Source: Octopus vulgaris (lineage: Eukaryota). From it: 64,000 nucleotides of DNA. The number at the start of each line of letters is the position of its first letter. Within the stretch, counting starts at the first letter, position 1. Positions 55,111 through 64,000 of the stretch are shown here, piece by piece. Under the pieces are notes generated by a model, which did not search any database, was not told where the DNA came from, and saw only the letters and a list, made by a program, of their open reading frames with translations. Made by a program: the position numbers and the translations under genes. The stretch spans positions 36,704,001 to 36,768,000 of the forward strand of contig OX597822.1 in the NCBI GenBank assembly GCA_951406725.2, given 5' to 3'.

Positions 55111-57539
55111 CAAGGCCGAAGAGATAGATACTGATTTTGATGTTCAATTCGTAAGAAAACGTGACTGGGGGAGAGAAGTGCAGAGAAAAAGTAGTTGGTG
55201 CAGGGTCTGAGAAGCGAGTTGTCATCAGCGTATTGAGACAGGGAAAACATGAGATAAGTAGGTCGGGATGTATTTATGAATGGATGAATGGATTGATGTA
55301 TAGGGACACCATCTACATAAAACGATAGTAAAGTGAGTGCTAAGATGCTTAATGAAGAAACCAAAAAAACTTTCAATTATAAAATTACTGTTGTAATAAG
55401 GTGAGGAAAATATAAGCCCTAAGACTTATGTTAACTGAATCTGTTTTTGACAAGTACGAGCATGTTTTGGTCCATTTCAGGGAACTCGTGTGCATTTCTT
55501 GTGCGTATATTTAATGCTAAAACACACCCGGAGCTTGTCACAGATGGGATTAAATTAAAATTTAGATTTTTTGAAGTAATGCTTGTCGCCACTTCAACAT
55601 GGCTGTTCTGTACGAACCGACGTGACTACCATTTTTAACCTCAAGAGGAAGCTTCCTCAAGCTGGTTATCGATGCAATCTGCACTCGACATATATTTCAA
55701 GCAGAGAAGCGAACCTATACCATCTTCTAACGATTTAACAGGACCAACTTCTGAATGTTATAGAAGTAAAAATAGTTGATTGTTTTTATTTTGAATTATC
55801 TATGGATATATGAGTGTCTCCCGCACATTCGATTCTAAAGAAATTGACTCCTGGAACACGAGAACCAAGAACTGAACCAGCAATTTTGAGGTTATTGACT
55901 TGGCGCTTTACCGCTGACATTCAAGAATATTGTAATTAAATGAAAAAGGAACTTACCAAATTAAATAAACAAATGTTAAATATTAATAGTCTGGAAAAGT
56001 TTTCAGAAGGCTGACATGTGATTTAGAAGCAATATGCTGAGGCAATAGAAGTTCATTTATGTCAATATAAGAAAATGAAGGAGGTGGAATTAGTTTAACT
56101 TAAACAGTCTGTTTCTAACAGGACAGAGTTCTGTCAAATATCCTTCAAAACAAACAGAAAGTGAAATATAGAGCAAATAAACTAAAAGCGTCTTATTTTT
56201 ACATTTTGAAAATGGATCTCATTTTACTTCAAACTTATACTGTAGATCCTGTAGATTTTCGGAGGGAGGGAATCCTATTAAACACAAGTATGTTGCGTTT
56301 CTTGTTTTTGTCATTGAATAAGGACTAATTTGTTTTTATTTAAAATGTGTGAAGCTATATCTTATGAAAATCATCGCCGCTTTCAGTTTTCATGTTTCGG
56401 TATCATATTTGCAGAACTAGTATTCGTGTTTGTTTTTAAAATATTTTCAGGTTGTTTGTTTTTCTGCTTCAAAATAAATTGGGAAGTGTCTTCAGCTCAG
56501 ATATGATTAAGAATTAACCTAGTTTTGTTGTGAGTGTTTGGGAACAAAATTCTATAAGATACTTCAAAACCAGGTCTCAGATTTCTCAGAATGTATCAGA
56601 AAGAAGACACAGTTTGGCAGTCGACCTGTTGTTATAGAAGTGTATTCGCTGTCTTTATCAGAATCAGTCATTTACATATCATGTTACTGATGTTATATAA
56701 CAATAATATTATAATGATTATAATGATATTTGTAACAGGTCTCTGCTCAGTTTAAGCCCAAACTGTTTTTCTTTCAGTTGGATTTTCGTAATCAAAAAGC
56801 TGATCTTTCAAATTGAGTGGGTACGTTATAAAAGAAAAAAAAGGACATCTAACTACGCATCAATTTCATTAACTGACGTTAGCAAAGACCCTGCGAAACA
56901 AATATTACAGCTCTGTCAAGTTTTGATTTAGCTAAATGAATACATATAAATAGGAGCAAACAACTGATCAGTCACTCAACCACAGAGAAGTAGAGGTTTG
57001 CTAACTGACAAAAGAGAACCAAACACATAAAGCGCTAACCACGATCGGCTGGACATGATAAATATGAAGAGTCAGTAACATGAAATGACCTAACCTCGAC
57101 TAGCATAGGATAACGCTATGGCCGTCGGCATTCGTATTCATTCACTTACTCTCCCCCCTCTCTCTCTCCATCCCCATCTGTCTATCTTCACTTAACCACA
57201 CAAGATGTCCGACTAAATCGCTGATAAGAGCAGAACTTTTCGGCGTTATTCTGTTGGTTCCTTAACTTGGAATTCCACTCGTAACAATAAAACAGATGAG
57301 GAAAACAGACGATCGTTCATCTCATTGATAATGTGGCAACATTCCATATTCTTTATTGTACTAAAAAAAAATGTGAGTACAACATTCTCCTTGTTGTTAA
57401 ACACAAGCATTGCAATGAGATTCACAACACAATAACAAATGCAGAAGAACAAGTGCTTCGCAATGACCGAGTCTATCTTACCTGTCTCCTGTATAGCCAC
57501 TACCAGTATCTACGGACATACAGAAATAGATTGAGCTGA

Positions 57540-58480
57540 GAAGAGCGCGCAACATATTCAGACTATCACAATGTACTTCATACGATTCAATACTATATAC
57601 CGGGTCATGAACTGTGGCCCTCAGCTGGGTGGAGACATGATATAACTGAGAAAATAAATTTGTAGGTTTCGGCTAATCGTTTCGGCCGACTATGCATCGT
57701 ATAGGTCTGCTGAATCTGGAGTAAAGGGGGCCCACACAACCTCAGCGAGCCATCTCTCATCTTTTGAATTGGGAGTTTCCTATCCAACTATTCCATTCCA
57801 GCGCATGTCAATGGCTCTCTCAACTTACCACATTTCTCTACCAAACTCAGGGGAGCTTCAGGGTTTTGTTATCTCCCCGTACTCTTCGGTATGTATATTA
57901 ACCACTGTCTCTGAGTACTTTACGTACAGATACTTTGGAGACATTCTCCAATGGAAATATAGCTACCTGTCTTCTTTGCAGCTCTAAATATCGTTACATA
58001 CATATCAAGAAAATGTGCTTACAGTGCAATTCACAGTTACATTAGAGACCTTTGTAATCTATATCTTATCCATTTAAGAATCTCAGAGAAAATACTTCTT
58101 CAAATTAAAAAAAAAATGTTCACTTCCCATCAGTTACTGCCCTTGTACAAATTACATGTGTAACACACACTGACGTAATTCTCGTACTTTTCATGAAGCT
58201 GCAGCTACTCACTATATCCAAAGAGAAATAATCCAAATGGGTGTCAAAACACCAATCAAGAATTCACTAACACCACTTGTCGTTGTGAATTCTTGAGTAG
58301 CACGTCTCTTCAACTATTACTGTATCAGCCTCTATTCTTCCGAACTTATAGACTGTCTGCTTCTATCCTTTCGTCTCTTCTCGATATATCGAATGGCGTG
58401 AGGGGAGAGGAAAAGGAACCATTTGCTTTTCGCCTTCAAAATTCGTATATGGAGCAAATTTCTTTCCATCCAGAATTGTA
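57540..58480 (-). pseudogene. decayed CR1-like LINE 3' remnant
   Basis: Minus-strand LELQRRQ..YIS.W and MRDGSLRLCGP.L resemble CR1 ORF2 C-terminal motifs. Confidence 0.45.
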
Positions 58481-58619
58481 ATTCCTTGGAATTCCCCCTT
58501 TGTTCATTTTTTCTAACAGGGATCACGCATAAGTTTAAGTTGAACATCGATTGAATTGATCTATAACCAATCTGGGAGAGTGTACAAAGTCTATGAACAA
58601 TACTCTTCCCACTTTAAAT

Positions 58620-59945
58620 CAGCGCTTCTCAAAGTGTACGATATTGTCCCTCCCCCCGGTGGGGGCGGAGACGATGATGGAAAATTTCATATGGGCACTG
58701 GGAACAACGGGCAACAGAAAACGATAAATGAATCTGTATAATTTATTTTTAGTTTTACCTCCTATTTAAATATAAATTTGCAAATTTTAAATGCTATATT
58801 ATTGTAGGAGCATTACCTCCCTTGGCAACAGGTAAACAAGCTGGCTATACAGAGGTAGAGAGCGTTACACAACATTAATGTTCAGGCACGTGACCCCATC
58901 TATTCCTCTTTCTGCACTGGGACCTCGAACTGCGAAGATGTGATCTAGCTTCTCTCAACACCCAACAGATAGGAGCATATCACAGAAGACACGGCCTTTA
59001 CACACCAACCATTCTATTTATCATTCCATTATGTATATACGTGTGGCCACAATAAACGTGTTTAAGTTGCAACCTCGCGTGTATATGTTTTTCATCCGGG
59101 TTTACTACCAGCGAAATGACAGCCTTCTGTGAGCCATATTAGGTGGCTCATAACGACCTGCATCACCTAAATTATGATGATAAACTGCTTGTTAGCCACA
59201 ATCATAACTGCAATGAGAATAACAATAATAACAGCAGTAATATATTGTAGGCTTTGAAATGTGTGAATAAGTCAATAAACAAAATTGAATATTTACTATT
59301 TATGCATATAAATTATAATCAATAAACTAAGCTGTAATTTAAAAGACATTCTCAAAACTTTGGAGGTATTTCCATACATGCAATACAGTTGGCCGCTGCA
59401 CCTGTAACGTTAAGTAACATCCTGACATATGTATGCGTATATATCCAAACATACATTCTTGAACATTATTGGTTCTTGCTGTGAGTGTCACCTGTTAATC
59501 TCATAATCTACCCATGTGTATAAACTCACACTTGAGCAGATAAAATTAGTATGTGTATGTGCGCGCGCGTGTGTATGTGTGTGTGTCTATGTGTGTGTAT
59601 ATATAAAAAATGCAACTATAAATCAGAACATAAAGATACGTTTTCAGAGGTATCTGCGGGGCATATATGAATCACAATGAATACATACATGAGTTTGTCC
59701 GAAACCACGTACTAGAGTTTGGATCAGTAAGTAAGGTCAAGCGGTGATGCGTCAAATATTGGCCATTAGAAGGGTGGTGCTATTATAAGTAGTTAGCTGT
59801 GTCAAACTAATGTCTGGAATTACTCTGACCTGAAGTTATGTGTATGTATGTTAAAAATAGAGAACGTTCAATTATTGCATGAGGGACGTTAAAAAGTGTT
59901 AGTAAAAAAAAGAAAGTGAGAGTTTAAAATGTTTGAAAAGCACTA
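58620..59945. mobile_element. non-autonomous hAT (Charlie-like) element
   Basis: TIRs CAGCGCTTCTCAAA (58620) and TTTGAAAAGCACTA (59932-59945). Flanks CTTTAAAT / CTTAAATA approximate an 8-bp TSD. Confidence 0.6.
58803..59155 (+). mobile_element. candidate solo LTR nested in the hAT element
   Basis: GC-richer block starting TGTAGG, with AATAAA at ~59051 and ending CATAACG; no clean TSD. Confidence 0.35.
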
Positions 59946-60170
59946 CTTAAATAATGCGGTGCCAACTAAGAAAATAATTAATAAATGATTTTAAATAATG
60001 AACATCTTATTATGCTCATTGCTTTTATTGCATTCTAGTAAATTTTATTACATTTTTCAAATTATGTGGATTAATTCAATTCATTTAACTATTTTCTACT
60101 TCTTTATATATTCTTATTTCGTTTTTGGATTTGGTTTGCAAGATTCTTTATATGAGTTCGTGTGTTGAAG

Positions 60171-60420
60171 CATATTCTGTTGTGTCTGAAGAGAGTCATT
60201 TTCTTTTTGTGCCTTATAATTTAACACACTCACCGGTAAAATTTTCGTTGAGTCTTGCAACCTTTTCATAGTCTTTTCAATAGACTATTGAAAAGGTTGC
60301 AAGACGCAACGAACATTTTAGGAAAATAGAAATAAGAAATAAGTGGAAATTTTACCGGTGAGTGTGTTAAATTATAAGGCAAAAAAAGAAAATTATTCTC
60401 CCCAGGCACAACAGAATATG
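60171..60420. repeat. 250-bp fold-back palindrome
   Basis: CATATTCTGTTGTGTC..GCCTTATAATTTAACACACTCACCGGTAAAATTT pairs with AAATTTTACCGGTGAGTGTGTTAAATTATAAGGC..GCACAACAGAATATG. Inner stem TCGTTGAGTCTTGCAACCTTTTCA / TGAAAAGGTTGCAAGACGCAACGA. Confidence 0.93.
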
Positions 60421-60700
60421 TATTCTTACTTCTCTACCAATTTTGTGTCTTTTTAAATGACAATGATCATTTCTTTACTGAAAGTTAATTCTTTATCTCA
60501 ATCATTCTTTTAAAATTTTTTTTTCTCCATCTTGTCGTTACCTCTAGTTTCCCAAAACGTATCGAATTATTGTGATAAATATATCAAATACTCTCTTTTA
60601 TAATTCATTTAAATTCTAATGCTCTTGTTGCGAGTGGATGATTTGTTACCATTGTTGTGGGATTGCGAAGTTGGATGTGCAATGTTGACGACGATCGTCG

Positions 60701-61068
60701 TGTGGTTTAACTGGCTGCGTTCATAATAAATGAAGCAATCTCACGAACTTTTAACTTTTAACATATTTAATAATGGACATTATTTACCGTACTGGCTGTC
60801 TACAAATGAAAGATGTAGACATAATATAACCGCCGACTGGGAAGAGAGAACTCCTCTGTGTCTTGAAGAAGGCTAGCTGTGGAACATCGTGTATGAGTGT
60901 CCGAAAACGTCTCTTGCTCGAGTGGTCTTAGCGGTCTGCATTCTGTGAGTGCCCAAGGTGGTCCGCCTGAATTCCCACGGTCGTCTGGCTGAGCTAGGCG
61001 CCAAACAGTTTTTATAGGGTGAAAAGTGGGTGAATTGTATATCATTCGAAGAGCCATATCACGCCACA
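60701..61068 (-). mobile_element. candidate solo LTR
   Basis: Ends TGTGG..CCACA; minus-strand CTATAAAAA (TATA-like, ~61009-61017) and ATTAAA (~60766); GC-richer than flanks; no TSD. Confidence 0.5.
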
Positions 61069-62409
61069 GCTTCACGCTGTGAAACTGTGGTGACTCGGGG
61101 TTTGAATCCCTTCACTATCAATAAAACTTAGAGCAAAATCGATTTCATTAAGTTTAATATAAACGATATTAGACATTATAAGCACTTATTTGAAACAAAA
61201 AATAGCAACTGGACCAAAGAAGAAACTAATATGACTTTTCAATTGCTTATCGGCTGACTGCAGTACCGATTACACTACAGCGCGACTGTCATTCCTCCTC
61301 GGTGGAGATACTATAAATTGTTTCAGCTATTTTAACTGTACTATTTTATTTTCACAATCTAGACGATTCGTGGGCAATCTGTGGCCCGCAGAACTTCATG
61401 AATGATAAATAGATGGATGTATACTGCCATTAAAACTCAAGGATAGATGAACCTTTGTCAAACATGTATTCTTAGACAAGTAGAAAGAAACGAGAGCACA
61501 TCTCGAGAAATAAAGTGACAAAGTTCCATGTGGAATTCGATGCGACTCGGGTGTGGAGTGAAAATCGTCAGTTGATATAACCCTCGGCAAAACTTTCTAG
61601 AGTCTTCGAATTGCAAATTAACAGATTATTTACTGAACCCACTTTAGTCGATACACACTGGCCAATACTGATTGGCCAGTAAACATTTACATGTCTGTTT
61701 TGTTCTCTCGAGAGGACGACCGTGTCTTTTATGGCTATATGAATTGGGTGAAACTCATAGCTGGAAATTGAAGCAAGGTAACTCGATTCCGATCAAAACC
61801 TCACTAAATGACAAAACCTCTCCCTTTTGGCTAAATTAATTGAAACTTATATTATTCTATGATTTTTTTTTCCGAACTATATTCCTTACTTCTCATATTC
61901 CTAAAATAACATAACAACATACAGATGGAGTGTTGCTCAGAGTATTATAAACTTCGTATATTTGAAACAGTGCCTCTGCTACATAAACAACATCCTAGGC
62001 TGCGTTTTTAAAAATGCTCATTTTCCTGATTGTCCGACTCACCGACACGCAGTCTCAAACACTCCGCTCTATCTTTCCTTAGTCTTTTCTATTGTCACTT
62101 CGCCTACTTCTGTTTCTTTGAAATAGTAGGATGTATACAGCTCGTCTTGGCCTATTATATGCATACTGTCTGTCTACTATAAACCTATATTAAACACTCC
62201 AGTAATATTTGTCCTCTGGTTTCAATCTCCCAGGGATTTGCCCATATTTTTCATAAAGTGGACTTACAGATGTTTAAACAAAACATTAACAATATCCCTC
62301 TCACCAATCTGGGAGATGAAATACAGTTCAGGAGGCATTATTACCATCCCTTCTCTGACACAGTCTGAAAGTTTTCGCAAACATATTTTAATAATTTCTT
62401 AATCTCAAG

Positions 62410-62585
62410 TAGCGATCTGGTAAAATCGTTAGCGGATTGGACAAAATACGTATTTCTTTTGGCGCTTTACGTTTACATTCTGCCGAGGTCGACTCGGCCT
62501 TTCATCTTATTGCGCTCGATAAGACAAGTACCAGATGAGTACTCCTTCCCCCAAAATTTCAGGCCGTGTGCCTATATTAGAAAGA
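62410..62585 (+). mobile_element. SINE family C, degenerate
   Basis: GCCGAGGTCGACTCGGCCTTTCATC..AAATTTCAGGCCGTGTGCCTATATTAGAAAG. Confidence 0.75.
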
Positions 62586-62837
62586 AACATATTTCTCCAT
62601 CTCCTGTATTTCTTTTAAGACATTTCTTTATCGCTATAAGATACTTGCAAAAAACCATGCACATCGCATTCCTTTTGAGGTGGGAATTTGTTACATAACA
62701 ACAATGTAAATGATGATGGCAGTCGTGATGAATAAGATCATTAAACGCAACAAAAATAATATGACTTTTCCAATCACTTTATTGTCTTACTTTTATTACA
62801 TTTACAATAGTAAATCAAATACACATATACAGGCACA

Positions 62838-62872
<35 letters not shown>

Positions 62873-62875
<3 letters not shown>

Positions 62876-63121
62876 AACGTGAAATTCACGAATTGACAAA
62901 CACGGAAAAACGGACAGTAATTCAGAGCCTTCATTCTTCAGTCAGAAACCGATTCATCATGGCAAATTTCGGCTGTTTAATTCTGAGATTTGCTCCGAAA
63001 GGGCCAGCCCCAAGGAAAAGCTGAGCTATGGGCATTAGATTTGCTTGGTAGAAGGAAAGAATGTGACAACAGAGACGAACAGAAAAACAAGAGACGAAGA
63101 TAAAATTTACAGTAACGAATA

Positions 63122-63125
<4 letters not shown>
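62873..63125. mobile_element. (TA)n-embedded interspersed repeat related to 30470-30648
   Basis: Bounded by (TA)n on both sides; shares the hairpin motif with the 30.6-kb unit. Confidence 0.6.
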
Positions 63126-63184
<59 letters not shown>

Positions 63185-63185
63185 G

Positions 63186-63240
<55 letters not shown>

Positions 63241-63479
63241 ATGTGTGTGTGTATATATATGTATATATATATATATTTATATGTATGTTTGTATGTATAT
63301 ATATATTACACATACACATGTGAGTATTATGTTCATATGCATAAACGCGCGTGCACACACACACACACAGATTAAAGGACCAAAAAGGATCAAAAGTCCT
63401 TTCCGAGTCATATATACTCATAGGGTCAGTTTTTCTGGATTCTGTGACGTTTAGATTTCACTCCCTGGAGGGAACACCG

Positions 63480-63637
63480 AGCTGCGGCAGGGTTAATTAT
63501 TTTTGCCAGCAAAGTGGACTGGAGCTACGTGAAATGTTTTTGGCTCAAGAATACAGTGCATGACCTGATTTAGGAATCGAAACTACAACCTTACGATAAT
63601 AAGTCCAACAATTCAACCATTAAGCCACTCATTTCCG
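63480..63637 (-). mobile_element. tRNA-derived SINE, A1 head, degenerate
   Basis: Reverse complement reads GTGGCTTAATGGTT..GTTTCGATTCC..TCTTGAGCCAAAAACATTTCACGTAGCTCCAGTCCAC. Confidence 0.75.
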
Positions 63638-63658
63638 CATGCATTATAGACATACATA

Positions 63659-64000
63659 CGAGGTACGTTCAAAAAGCATTAGGCTTTATTTTTCACCACC
63701 AAAATTAATGCCGCAAAATCATTCGGATGGGAGGTGAAGTGCCCTTCCCGCGCATGCGGGGAAATTTTCGTACCGGTAGGCCACGTCTGTACCCGGCTGC
63801 TACGCAAAGAGTACCGAAGTGTAATGCGTGCTTGTCGGATGTTGGTTTTCATTGAACGCATCGAGCAGCGATATGGTATCCATTTTTGCCAAAAACCTTC
63901 ACGATACTCAAGCAGAAACCATCCAGAAGATTCAGCAGCGATGATGCCATGGGCGAAAATCAGATCGAGGAATGGTACAATCACTTCAAACATGGCTGTA
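63659..64000 (+). mobile_element. mariner transposon 5' end with frameshifted transposase N-terminus (runs off window)
   Basis: TA (63657-63658) followed by TIR CGAGGTACGTTCAAAAAG. From ~63854: ERIEQRYGIHFCQK..DTQAETIQKIQQ..DDAMGENQIEEWYNHFKHG (mariner HTH). Confidence 0.85.

Noticed and set aside
55110-55376. Signal-peptide-like ORF MKVFLVSSLSILAL..
   Set aside because: Starts at TTG, not ATG, and the FIN..QYADD segment looks more like a decayed LINE RT fragment.
56778-56820. Possible small exon (TTTTCTTTCAG|..|GTACGT)
   Set aside because: Stop in phase 0, so incompatible with the candidate exon 1; no other support.

Overview
AT-rich eukaryotic (animal) genomic DNA with very dense simple repeats ((TA)n, (CA)n, (CATA)n, (TAA)n, (GATA)n, (CT)n) and dozens of tRNA-derived SINE copies. 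The repeat landscape strongly resembles Octopus/coleoid cephalopod DNA (inference, not verified by search). No intact prokaryote-style gene, rRNA, true tRNA or CRISPR array is supported, and almost all listed ORFs are microsatellite or TE artefacts. The window holds a near full-length but inactivated R4/Dong-type RLE LINE between (TAA)n tracts (~18.4-22.0 kb) and several further RLE-LINE remnants. It also holds a degenerate L1/Tx1-type LINE (44.4-47.8 kb), RTE and CR1 fragments, Tc1/mariner and hAT remnants, MITEs and two candidate solo LTRs. One TE-poor island (24.7-26.0 kb) carries TATAAA, AAAATG, a signal-peptide-like 14-codon frame and a perfect GTAAGT donor, which is the best candidate for a host-gene first exon. 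The most unusual signals are a family of long fold-back elements (one containing a hammerhead-ribozyme-like core), (TA)n-embedded elements with a covarying hairpin, an RLE-LINE end embedded in (CATA)n, and a ~51-bp-period array of a palindromic TGACC..GGTCA motif with variable spacers.
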